A stretch of DNA of 64,000 nt from an uncultured cyanobacterium (GTDB taxonomy: Bacteria; Cyanobacteriota; Cyanobacteriia; Cyanobacteriales; Nostocaceae): positions 3,680,001 through 3,744,000 of the forward strand of contig OY970166.1 in the NCBI GenBank assembly GCA_963706595.1. The letters run 5' to 3'. The notes under the pieces are model-generated. The model had not been told where the DNA came from. It saw only the letters and a program-made list of their open reading frames with translations, and searched no databases. Positions 10,651 through 20,035 of this stretch are shown piece after piece. How positions within the stretch are numbered: the first letter of the stretch is position 1; each line of letters opens with the position of its first letter. The position numbers and the translations under genes are program-made.

Positions 10651-11571
10651 TTACAGTCGATTTTCCATGCCGGCATTACCTTGCAACCCGCCTGTATGTA
10701 CTAGTAACAGGCGATCGCCCTTTTGAAAAAATTTAGATTGTATTAAATCCATTACACCATAAAACATCTTTACAGTATATACGTAATCCAGAGATAAATC
10801 GTGTTTCTCACTACATTGCTTGCTGAATATTAGCAGCTTATCAGTAACCTTTGCATAACCACCAAAGTGATAATCACACATTAATTCCCACGGTGCTAGA
10901 TAGTTACTTGGTGCAGGTAGCCCAGAGTCCAGATAATTCTTCAGCAAATTGGCGATTTCCTGGGCGAGGAATTCCCCCCTTTTCAGCACGGGAAAACCAA
11001 TTACTCGTTTTCTGGGATTGAGCGAAAGTGCAATACCAGCTAGTGTCGTACCTGTACCACAAGCCAAGCAGATAGTATCAAATTTCTCTGCATCGCCAAC
11101 TATTTCTGTACAGCCGCGCACGCCATTCAAATTGCTACCACCTTCAGGAATGATGAACACGTCACCGAAACGTTGTCTTAAGTCTTCGTGTAATTCTTGT
11201 GTGTGCTTTTGTCGGTAAGCCTCGCGATTGAGATAGACAAGCTGCATTCCTTGCTGTACAGCAAAACTCAGTGTGGGGTTGAGTGGTAATCTTTCTTCTC
11301 CACGAATCACCCCAATGGTGCGGAAGCCGAAGAGATTGCCGGCGGCGGCTGTAGCAAAGATATGATTAGAATAAGCTCCCCCAAAGGTCAGCAGAGTTGT
11401 CAAATTTTGCTGCTTGGCTGACAAAAGGTTATATTTTAGCTTAAACCACTTGTTACCGTTAACTAGCGGGTGCATAGAATCGAGGCGTAGCACAGACAAT
11501 TCCACACCAGCGCGGTGGGAAATCTCGTTTTCTATGTGCTGGGTAAAAGGCGGAAGAAAGGGTGAATACAT
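10651..11571 (-). CDS. PLP-dependent ACC deaminase/D-cysteine desulfhydrase family protein
   Basis: GNKWFKL, GGAYSNH, CGTGTTLAG, HTGGLQG. Confidence 0.9.
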   Translation of the reverse strand: MYSPFLPPFTQHIENEISHRAGVELSVLRLDSMHPLVNGNKWFKLKYNLLSAKQQNLTTLLTFGGAYSNHIFATAAAGNLFGFRTIGVIRGEERLPLNPTLSFAVQQGMQLVYLNREAYRQKHTQELHEDLRQRFGDVFIIPEGGSNLNGVRGCTEIVGDAEKFDTICLACGTGTTLAGIALSLNPRKRVIGFPVLKRGEFLAQEIANLLKNYLDSGLPAPSNYLAPWELMCDYHFGGYAKVTDKLLIFSKQCSEKHDLSLDYVYTVKMFYGVMDLIQSKFFQKGDRLLLVHTGGLQGNAGMENRL

Positions 11572-11670
11572 AGGGGAAAAATTTACGCACCAGGCGCACC
11601 AGGCGCAGAGGAGAGATAGTTTTATTCTCTAGTCTTGCTTGATTGCCAGCTAAGAAATAGGCTGAGAATA

Positions 11671-11763
11671 TATAGCAGTTTCATGGAGATGAAGTTCGGA
11701 TTTATCTGGGTTCATCTGTGGTTCATTATTCTTTGTACTACACTCACTTGCAAACTGGTGTAG
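11671..11763. repeat. TATAGC-bounded MITE-like repeat
   Basis: TATAGCAGTTT...AAACTGGTGTA imperfect terminal inverted repeats. Confidence 0.5.
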
Positions 11764-11789
11764 ATATTTGCCAAATAATCTCAATGTCT

Positions 11790-12341
11790 ATGGCTAAAGT
11801 TTTTGACTTTATTACTGAAGAACTGCAAAACTTCATTACTAACCAACACATTTTTTTTGTTGGTTCTGCACCCCTGAGTGCTACAGGTCACGTTAATCTT
11901 TCTCCCAAGGGGTTGGAGTGTTTTCGCATCCTTTCGGCTCATCAAGTCGCTTACCTGGATCTTACAGGTAGCGGCAACGAAGTTTCAGCCCATTTGCAAG
12001 AAAATAGGCGCATCACTTTGATGTTCTGTGCCTTCGAGGAACCGCCGTGTATTCTGCGCCTCTACGGTCAGGGATACACAATTCTACCAAATTCGCCAGA
12101 CTGGGAAACTTTGTACTGTTTATTTCCGCAGATCCCAGGAACTCGTCAAATTATTGTAGCTGATATTGAGCGCGTGCAAACTTCCTGTGGTTTGGGTGTA
12201 CCACTTTATGAATATCAAGGTCAGAGGCAATCTTTAGTTAACTGGGCAAGTAAAAAAGGTGAACAGGGAATCCAAGAATATCAACAGCAAAAAAATATTG
12301 TCAGTATTGATGGTTTATCAACTCCATTGAGTAAAAATTGA
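11790..12341 (+). CDS. Pyridoxamine 5'-phosphate oxidase-like FMN-binding protein
   Basis: HVNLSPKG, DLTGSGNE, VQTSCG; start reset to MAKVFD. Confidence 0.85.
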   Translation: MAKVFDFITEELQNFITNQHIFFVGSAPLSATGHVNLSPKGLECFRILSAHQVAYLDLTGSGNEVSAHLQENRRITLMFCAFEEPPCILRLYGQGYTILPNSPDWETLYCLFPQIPGTRQIIVADIERVQTSCGLGVPLYEYQGQRQSLVNWASKKGEQGIQEYQQQKNIVSIDGLSTPLSKN

Positions 12342-12397
12342 GAACATCTGCAATCTTTTCATTACCATCAACATCTAAAATTAATTGGGATAAATTC

Positions 12398-13567
12398 ATG
12401 AAAAATTCGATTAAGCTCCCCCAAAAATTAATGCTATTGGGTTCAGGTGAACTCGGCAAAGAATTTGTGATTGCTGCTCAACGTCTGGGTAATTATGTGA
12501 TTGCCGTTGACCGCTATGCTAATGCTCCAGCGATGCAGGTTGCTGATTGTTCTGAAGTGATTTCGATGCTGAGTGCTGATGAATTAGAAGCTGTTGTCCA
12601 AAAACATCAGCCTGATTTTATCATCCCAGAAATTGAAGCGATTAGAACAGAAAAGTTACTAGAATTTGAACAACGTGGGATTACAGTTATTCCCACGGCG
12701 GCTGCAACTAACTATACGATGAATCGTGATCGAATTAGGGAATTAGCATCTCAAGAATTAGGGATTAGAACTGCTAGATATGGTTATGCTTCTACTCTAG
12801 AAGAATTGCTTGCTGCTTCTGAGCAAATTGGTTTTCCCAATGTTGTTAAACCTGTAATGTCTTCTTCTGGTAAAGGTCAATCTGTTGTCCAGGTTAAGGG
12901 TGAAGTTGAGGAGGCTTGGAATTATGCGATCGCTAACTCTAGAGGTGATAGTCAAAAAGTAATTGTTGAGGAATTTATTCACTTTGAAATTGAGATAACT
13001 TTGCTGACCATTAAACAGTGGAATGCACCAACTATTTTCTGTTCTCCTATTGGTCATCGTCAAAAAAGAGGCGATTATCAAGAGTCTTGGCAACCAGCAG
13101 GTATTGCTGAAGATAAAATATTAGAAGCTCAAGCCATAGCAACAAAAGTTACTGATGCTTTGGGGGGAGCCGGAATATTTGGGGTAGAGTTTTTTATCAC
13201 TAAGGATGAAGTAATTTTTTCGGAACTTTCTCCCCGACCCCATGATACAGGAATGGTAACATTAATCTCGCAAAATTTGAATGAATTTGAATTACATTTA
13301 CGCGCTATTTTAGGTTTACCAATTCCGCATATAGAACAGTTAGGTGCTTCAGCTAGTGCAGTGATTTTAGCTGATAAAAAATCTGATAATGTGGCTTTTA
13401 CAGGTGTGGCTGAGGCTTTGTCTGTTCCGGATGTAGATATCAAACTATTTGGCAAACCTAGCGCTCATCTTTATCGACGGATGGGGGTGGCTTTGGCTAA
13501 GGGTGATCAGATTTCGGAGGCGCGGGAGAAGGCTAAACGGGCAGCTAATCAGGTGAAGATGATTTAA
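12398..13567 (+). CDS. purT: Formate-dependent phosphoribosylglycinamide formyltransferase
   Basis: LLGSGELGKE, KPVMSSSGKGQS, SPRPHDTG, RRMGVALA. Confidence 0.96.
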   Translation: MKNSIKLPQKLMLLGSGELGKEFVIAAQRLGNYVIAVDRYANAPAMQVADCSEVISMLSADELEAVVQKHQPDFIIPEIEAIRTEKLLEFEQRGITVIPTAAATNYTMNRDRIRELASQELGIRTARYGYASTLEELLAASEQIGFPNVVKPVMSSSGKGQSVVQVKGEVEEAWNYAIANSRGDSQKVIVEEFIHFEIEITLLTIKQWNAPTIFCSPIGHRQKRGDYQESWQPAGIAEDKILEAQAIATKVTDALGGAGIFGVEFFITKDEVIFSELSPRPHDTGMVTLISQNLNEFELHLRAILGLPIPHIEQLGASASAVILADKKSDNVAFTGVAEALSVPDVDIKLFGKPSAHLYRRMGVALAKGDQISEAREKAKRAANQVKMI

Positions 13568-13828
13568 TTTTTCAACGCAAAAGAACGCTGAGGAAATCGC
13601 CAAGGGGCGTGGAGGGTTTGGTTTTATGGTTAAAAGTTATGTGGCTTGGCTATGAGATTTACTCAGCTTATTAATTTTCTGGAAAATGTATGTTCCCAAT
13701 TGAGGTAATAATAAAGGGAACTTTTAACTGGAATTGGCAGGTCTTTTTTCTCAAGCCCTGATTAATTAATTGCTTCGATGTGCTGAAATCAGCTTTAAAC
13801 ATAGCCTAAATCACAGAATTTTTATCCC

Positions 13829-14947
13829 ATGCTTACAGCCAAATTTATTTTCCCATTAACAGCTATTCTCGCCTCTACTCTCATGTCCTGTGCATCTGTA
13901 ACAGAGTCTGAATTATCAAAACCTAACTCTGGTAATACTGAAACTTCTGCACAAAGGTTAAAACCTGATAGCCCATCGATTGTTTCTGTTTCTGATCAGA
14001 GTAACCCTAAGTCAGAAACTATTTTGAAGGAGGTGATTAGCCGTCAGAAAAGTTTACAGGTTTGCAATTTTAATTTTGATGCGGAGGCTGCACTGGAATT
14101 TTCGCAAGTCTATACTAATGACAAGGGTCAGCATTTAGTACAACTGCTTTGTTATATGGCTGCTTATCAAGGCGCATTCACTTTTCTACAAGTAGATACC
14201 TCCCAGCCGGAACTCAAAATTGAGCCTCTAGAATTAGAAATTGCGGGATTCCCTGATTTTGATCCCAAGACGAATATTCTGTCTAACGCTTATAAATTAA
14301 TTGGTGCAGGTACTTGTATCGAAGAAACTCAATACTATTGGAATGGTGACGGACTTAGGTTAATTAGTTCTCAGCTAATAGATCAAGTTCCTAATGGTTG
14401 TGAAGAATTAGGCGCGCGATCGCCTTCTGATCAACAGCTGATCACTACTAAGAGTGTTGGAGTGGCTAAACTTGGCATGACTTTAGGAGAACTTAAGCAA
14501 ATATTAGGCAAAGAAGCAACCTTTGAACCAACTCTTCTGGGGGTTGATTTAGGGGAAGGAATTAAAGTCAGTCAGGATGGAAACGTGCAGTATTCGCTGG
14601 GTTTCGCAGAGGGACAACAGCCCATCACAAATAACTCTAAAATTACCATGATCACGGTTGAAAATCCTAACTACAGAACAACTGCTGGGGTAGGGCCAGG
14701 AACACCTCTTAAAGAAGCCGTTGCAGCCTACGGACAAGCAACCTTAGCTTACAACTTGAATAATGAATCAAGAGAGTATATTAAATTTGCGCGGGGACTG
14801 GGTGCAGATGCAGGAGTATGGATAAGATCGAATCAGTGGACAGTTACAGATTTTGCTGGGATCTATCCTAATACTCAAGAATTCAACGAAACCCAAAAGT
14901 ACCATGATCATGCGGCTATTGCTTCAATTACCATTATTGACAGATAG
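13829..14947 (+). CDS. Lipoprotein, DUF1176-like N-terminal domain plus a second domain
   Basis: Lipobox LMSC; C..AAYQG and KxxGxGxC motifs. Confidence 0.65.
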   Translation: MLTAKFIFPLTAILASTLMSCASVTESELSKPNSGNTETSAQRLKPDSPSIVSVSDQSNPKSETILKEVISRQKSLQVCNFNFDAEAALEFSQVYTNDKGQHLVQLLCYMAAYQGAFTFLQVDTSQPELKIEPLELEIAGFPDFDPKTNILSNAYKLIGAGTCIEETQYYWNGDGLRLISSQLIDQVPNGCEELGARSPSDQQLITTKSVGVAKLGMTLGELKQILGKEATFEPTLLGVDLGEGIKVSQDGNVQYSLGFAEGQQPITNNSKITMITVENPNYRTTAGVGPGTPLKEAVAAYGQATLAYNLNNESREYIKFARGLGADAGVWIRSNQWTVTDFAGIYPNTQEFNETQKYHDHAAIASITIIDR

Positions 14948-14951
14948 AAAG

Positions 14952-16460
14952 TCACAACCCTAAATCTACAGCTATACGATGGGCGCAAGCAAAACCCGAA
15001 AATGCTACTGCGTTTAATCCCTGTCCCGGAAAGGTACTGTCCCCCACACAATAAAGTCCGGGAATGGCTGTGCGATTAAATGGCATACTTAATAATCCCT
15101 TTAACTTGCGCCGAGGAATTGGACCATAAGTACCATCTTCACGCCCTAAAAAGCGTTGATGTGTGCGGGGTGTCCCTACTTCTAAATAATCTAAGCCAGC
15201 ATCTAAACCCGGAAAAATCTGTTCTAGTCGGTCAATAATTTGCCAAGCTGCGGCTTCTTTCTGCGCTTCATACTGGCTGGGAGACAATCCTTGCCAATCA
15301 TCAATCCAGTGGGGTGTAAAGGCATGAATGATCTGATATCCCTCTGGTGCTAAATCTGGATCAAGCAATGTGGGAATGGAAACGAAAAGTGTGCCTGCTG
15401 CGGCTGTCATTTGCTGCCAATCTTCCAGAATTATATGATGGCATTCTGTCCCTTTAGGCAATACTGCTGCTGCTACTCCTATATGGAAACTCAGAAAGCT
15501 GGGTGACTTTTGATAGTTTTGTTGCCATTTACTTTCATTATCTGGCATTGTCTCTACAGGTAATAATTTTGTAAAAGTATCCCAACGTGTGGCATTAGAA
15601 ACTATGCGTTTACCAAAATAAACTTTACCATTAGCTAACTGCACACCGACGGCTTTTCCCTGTTCGATGATGATTTTGGTGACTCTGGCTTGGTACTCAA
15701 TCTTACCTCCAGCATTTTCTAAGCCTTCCACCAGTTTTTGGGCAATTTGTCCTACCCCGCCTTTAGGATAGTTAACTCCGCCATAGTGCCGATCAGAAAA
15801 GACCATCCCGGCATTAATCATCGGTGTCATGTCAGCGCTGACTACTGACCAGCAATAACATTCTATGTCAATAAATTTCAATAATTCCGGGTCTTTGATA
15901 TAGTGTCGGGCTACATCGCCGACATTTTGAGGGAGGTATTTGACTAAACCAAGACAGGCGAGAGGATGCTGCAAAAATGTCCGTAGCAAATACCGAGGTT
16001 CTTCTAGTGACAGCAAATCCATGCTGTTGAGGCAATTAAACACCTGCCAACACTCGTGATAAAAGCGACGAATACCTTTCTCTTCATGAGGAAAATAAGC
16101 AATAAGATTTTGCAAAAATTTATCATAAGCTCGCTCAACTTTTAAGTCTAATTGGTTGGGCAAGTGATAGTGAATCTGTACAGGATCAATAATTGTTTCT
16201 TGGCTGACGTTCACAGCGTCTAGAGCGCGGGTAAGTAAGTTGGTTGTACCTTTTTCGCCAAATCCAAAAATCATTGATGCTCCAACGTCAAATCGATAAC
16301 CCTGGCGTTCAAAATAGCCGGAACTACCTCCGGGAATTAAATAGCTTTCCAGTACCAGCACCTGAGCGCCTTTGGCTGTTAACTGGGTTGCTGTCACTAA
16401 ACCGCCAATTCCGGAGCCAATGACAATCACATCAAGTACAGGATTTAGGGATGGAGACAT
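14952..16460 (-). CDS. crtH: Carotenoid isomerase
   Basis: GSGIGGL FAD motif, [27 protein letters not shown]. Confidence 0.95.
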   Translation of the reverse strand: MSPSLNPVLDVIVIGSGIGGLVTATQLTAKGAQVLVLESYLIPGGSSGYFERQGYRFDVGASMIFGFGEKGTTNLLTRALDAVNVSQETIIDPVQIHYHLPNQLDLKVERAYDKFLQNLIAYFPHEEKGIRRFYHECWQVFNCLNSMDLLSLEEPRYLLRTFLQHPLACLGLVKYLPQNVGDVARHYIKDPELLKFIDIECYCWSVVSADMTPMINAGMVFSDRHYGGVNYPKGGVGQIAQKLVEGLENAGGKIEYQARVTKIIIEQGKAVGVQLANGKVYFGKRIVSNATRWDTFTKLLPVETMPDNESKWQQNYQKSPSFLSFHIGVAAAVLPKGTECHHIILEDWQQMTAAAGTLFVSIPTLLDPDLAPEGYQIIHAFTPHWIDDWQGLSPSQYEAQKEAAAWQIIDRLEQIFPGLDAGLDYLEVGTPRTHQRFLGREDGTYGPIPRRKLKGLLSMPFNRTAIPGLYCVGDSTFPGQGLNAVAFSGFACAHRIAVDLGL

Positions 16461-16633
16461 AGGGGCAGATGCTCAATAAAATTCACTAATTTAGTATATT
16501 ATATAACTCTGTATTTGGAATAAATATACGTAATTTATGGTTTATTTTTCTAGCGGCATTGATATATATAGCAACCGACAAGGCAGTTAAGACATAAACG
16601 GAGAATCAAACTTAGACACCATCCGGGTTTTAA

Positions 16634-16671
16634 CCCACTCCCTACTCCCCACTCCCTACTCCCTACTCCCC
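16634..16671. repeat. STRR heptamer array (CCC(C/T)ACT)n
   Basis: Direct reading. Confidence 0.85.
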
Positions 16672-16714
16672 AGCTTAATTGTGATGTGACGATTCAGTTT
16701 TAGAGTGGGGAAAT

Positions 16715-16782
16715 AAAAAGAGGGACAAGCCTGCTGCTGCTGGCTAATCCCGTCTGCCGATCCTTAAAGAGAGGAGAACACT
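16715..16782 (-). ncRNA. isaR1: IsaR1-like iron-stress sRNA, about 68 nt
   Basis: 5' AGUGUUCUCCUCUC anti-SD seed, GGGA..AGCC/GGCU..UCCC terminator with U-tract, own promoter, located between crtH and upp as recalled for IsaR1. Confidence 0.8.
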
Positions 16783-16788
16783 AATAGA

Positions 16789-16818
16789 AATATAACCTTG
16801 AATGAGAATATATGTCAA
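16789..16818 (-). promoter_or_regulatory. Sigma70 promoter of the sRNA with overlapping Fur-box-like sequence
   Basis: TTGACA-18 nt-TATATT; imperfect dyad TTGACATATATTCTCAT. Confidence 0.7.
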
Positions 16819-16942
16819 CTAGTAATGCTAAATTTTTTCAATAATTTTCATGGTGATGATTTCATCTGTCGGCGGTAGGCAAAGAAGGAGTATTATGAGG
16901 TTTCAGTTCTGATCTAATCAATAAAGTTGCCCAATTCCGGCT

Positions 16943-17593
16943 ATGACACCACAACTGCGTGTTTATGTTCCACCCCATCCTCTGATCAAGCACTGGCTGG
17001 CAGTCGCCCGTGATGCTGGCACACCTTCAGTATTATTTCGTAGTGCGATCACTGAGTTGGGCAGATGGCTGACTTACGAAGCGGCCAGAGAGTGGCTACC
17101 AACTCTGGAAACAACGGTGCAGAGTCCTTTGGCTTCCTGTCCAGCGACTGTGATTAACCCAGAAGTACCTGTGGCGGTTGTACCGATTCTCCGGGCGGGG
17201 CTAGGGTTACTGGAAGGGGCGCAGTCTTTGTTGCCTTTGGCTTCAATTTACCATTTGGGCTTAGTCCGTAATGAAGAAACTCTGGAACCTTCTTGTTATT
17301 TGAATAAGTTACCCGAAAAATTTGACCCCCAAACCAGAGTTTTAATTACTGATCCGATGTTAGCAACGGGTGGGTCAATTATGTTTGCTATGGCAGAATT
17401 AATACAACGGGGTGTTGATCCAAGTTTGACACGTATCGTTTCTGTAGTGGCTGCACCGCCAGCTTTACAAAAACTCAATGCTGCATATCCTGGTTTAAAT
17501 GTTTACACGGCGACTATTGATGAAATAGTCAATGATCAAGGATATATTCTACCGGGTTTGGGCGATGCAGGCGATCGCATTTTTGGTACATAA
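16943..17593 (+). CDS. upp: Uracil phosphoribosyltransferase
   Basis: PILRAGL, DPMLATGGS, PGLGDAGDR. Confidence 0.97.
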   Translation: MTPQLRVYVPPHPLIKHWLAVARDAGTPSVLFRSAITELGRWLTYEAAREWLPTLETTVQSPLASCPATVINPEVPVAVVPILRAGLGLLEGAQSLLPLASIYHLGLVRNEETLEPSCYLNKLPEKFDPQTRVLITDPMLATGGSIMFAMAELIQRGVDPSLTRIVSVVAAPPALQKLNAAYPGLNVYTATIDEIVNDQGYILPGLGDAGDRIFGT

Positions 17594-17668
17594 GCTAGTA
17601 TGCAGCTAGGGAAGGAAAATAGCTGAACTATATATAAAAGTTGCAAGATTTCTTCAAGGCGGTAATGT

Positions 17669-18019
17669 ATGAGTCAACGTGATGGTTTTGCTAGTGGTTT
17701 TTTAGCAGGGACGATTTTTGGTAGTATAGTTGGTGGTATTGTCGGGGCTGTGATTGTTTCTCGACAGAATGAGGAATTGACAGCAGAAGCAGCCGAACTT
17801 ACTAATGGCCAAACGGGGACGAAAAAAGTATCTCCAAAACGCCGACAGATGTTCGCTTCAGAAAATGACGCTATGGAAATTGAAACGGCCAGGCGATCGC
17901 TCGAAGATAAAATTGCCCAGCTTAATGCCACAATTGATGAAGTCAGACAGGAACTGGGAAATGTCAACGGCAGTTCCAGCCAGTCAGTGAATGACCGCTC
18001 CCTCACCCAAGATTCTTGA
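17669..18019 (+). CDS. Membrane-anchored coiled-coil hypothetical protein (YtxH-like N-terminus)
   Basis: GFLAG..FG..VGG helix; RRSLEDKIAQLN. Confidence 0.75.
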   Translation: MSQRDGFASGFLAGTIFGSIVGGIVGAVIVSRQNEELTAEAAELTNGQTGTKKVSPKRRQMFASENDAMEIETARRSLEDKIAQLNATIDEVRQELGNVNGSSSQSVNDRSLTQDS

Positions 18020-18145
18020 GGTGATTTATATTGAGCCAAGGTGCTAATAGTAGTTAATGCGGCAAACCGCACACTTCGTGGCATGGACTCAACTAAAATC
18101 AATAATAAGACCGTTTTTGACACTTAGCAGGAAACCAACTTATCC

Positions 18146-18424
18146 ATGTATTTACTGTTTACAACTTTAGCTACCTTCGTTCAGTTCTACAGCTACTTGC
18201 TAATTGCGCGAGTTTTGTTAACTTGGTTCCCCACCATCAACTGGTATAATCAGCCATTTGCGGCTTTGGGGCAGATAACCAATCCTTACCTCAATCTTTT
18301 CCGCTCAATCATTCCCCCATTGGGTGGTATGGATTTGTCTCCTATTTTAGCCTTTCTAGCACTGAGTTTAATAGGTGGCTTACTGAGAAGCCTAACTGCT
18401 CTTTCTTTTGGACAGGCTTTTTAG
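18146..18424 (+). CDS. ylmG: YggT/YlmG family membrane protein
   Basis: RVLLTWFP, PYLNLFRSIIPPLGGMDLSP. Confidence 0.9.
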   Translation: MYLLFTTLATFVQFYSYLLIARVLLTWFPTINWYNQPFAALGQITNPYLNLFRSIIPPLGGMDLSPILAFLALSLIGGLLRSLTALSFGQAF

Positions 18425-18452
18425 TTATTAGTTTAACTCAGTATAGGCTTTA

Positions 18453-18822
<370 letters not shown>

Positions 18823-19332
18823 TTATTTCCGGACTTTGCCGCTAAAACCTGCTGCTTTAAACTGTTTCAACTGTAAAGGTTCCGGTTGGTTTGCAGCTAC
18901 AGTAATTCTTAATTCAAAATCACTCACGCCTGGCGGAATTTCGGCAATAGAACCCAGACGGGTGCGGTTTTGCATGACAGGGTTATTGTTGGCATCATAG
19001 ATGCGTCCAAAGATATCTGCGTCATAAACCGTTTTGTAAGTGCCATTTTCTGCCTTACCTGTCACCATAAAACAATTAGCGGCGGCGCTACCACTACTAA
19101 TTACAGATCCTTCTGCCAATTCTGGGGGACAGCCTTTATAGGCAACATCAAATAATTTTATCTGTGTCAGGGCTATTACCTCTGGAGTATACACCCAGGA
19201 CATAACTGTGAGCAAGCAGGAAATAAAGACGACAGTCACTAGTTTCGCATACTGAGTGATGATGCGGGAATATTTTTGCATAACTAAAGTTGGCGAATTT
19301 ACTAAAAATGCTATGTTGTAACGATTTTTCAT
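18823..19332 (-). CDS. Conserved exported/lumenal hypothetical protein (start may be downstream)
   Basis: Signal-like hydrophobic stretch, two Cys, VYDADIFGRIYDA motif. Confidence 0.75.
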   Translation of the reverse strand: MKNRYNIAFLVNSPTLVMQKYSRIITQYAKLVTVVFISCLLTVMSWVYTPEVIALTQIKLFDVAYKGCPPELAEGSVISSGSAAANCFMVTGKAENGTYKTVYDADIFGRIYDANNNPVMQNRTRLGSIAEIPPGVSDFELRITVAANQPEPLQLKQFKAAGFSGKVRK

Positions 19333-19423
19333 ATCTAACTGAATTTAATATCTGGGAGGTTGGAGACTTGATTAAAACTATTGTAATAATTATAAAAATA
19401 AACCCCTCAGTGGCGATCAACTT

Positions 19424-20035
19424 ATGACACCAGATGAGATTGAAACAGCCTTGCAAGCAGCCTTTAATAGTTGTAACGCAGCTAGCTGTCCTCTCACTGA
19501 TATGCAGAAGCAGATATTACTGCGAGTAATTGAGCAAATTCAGGAAGACTCTAACTCGAAGATATCAGATGTAGCCAACCCCTTAGATGAGCTTGACTCT
19601 GAGGAATTGTCAGCGTTTTTAAAGTTTGTCAAAACCAATGAACAACAGAACCGCACTTGGAAGGTGCAATTACTCAATGATTGGTTACATGATCACGATT
19701 CTGGGAATGTCCAATTTATTCGCGATCGCTATGGTTTACCGTGGCTCAATCGTGTAGAATCATATCATTTTGATAAGTATTCTTATATTGAGGATGCACT
19801 GAAGCTGAGAGTTGGCGATCGCATTGAAATCTCTAATGGATTATGGGAATGGGTACAAGAGGACGGCCCTTGTAAGCGTCAATGGTTTCTCTGTATCGTA
19901 CTACAAATTGATCAAGTTCATGATAGCGATGGTTTACCGACTAATTGTGTAGTTCGTTTATACAACGGTTCTGAGTACGAAATTTCAGGTATCTATCAAT
20001 GGAATCGCTATAATTGGCGATGGCCGCCAAAATAA
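19424..20035 (+). CDS. Conserved cyanobacterial hypothetical protein
   Basis: Trp-rich motifs NGLWEWVQ and YQWNRYNWRW. Confidence 0.75.
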   Translation: MTPDEIETALQAAFNSCNAASCPLTDMQKQILLRVIEQIQEDSNSKISDVANPLDELDSEELSAFLKFVKTNEQQNRTWKVQLLNDWLHDHDSGNVQFIRDRYGLPWLNRVESYHFDKYSYIEDALKLRVGDRIEISNGLWEWVQEDGPCKRQWFLCIVLQIDQVHDSDGLPTNCVVRLYNGSEYEISGIYQWNRYNWRWPPK

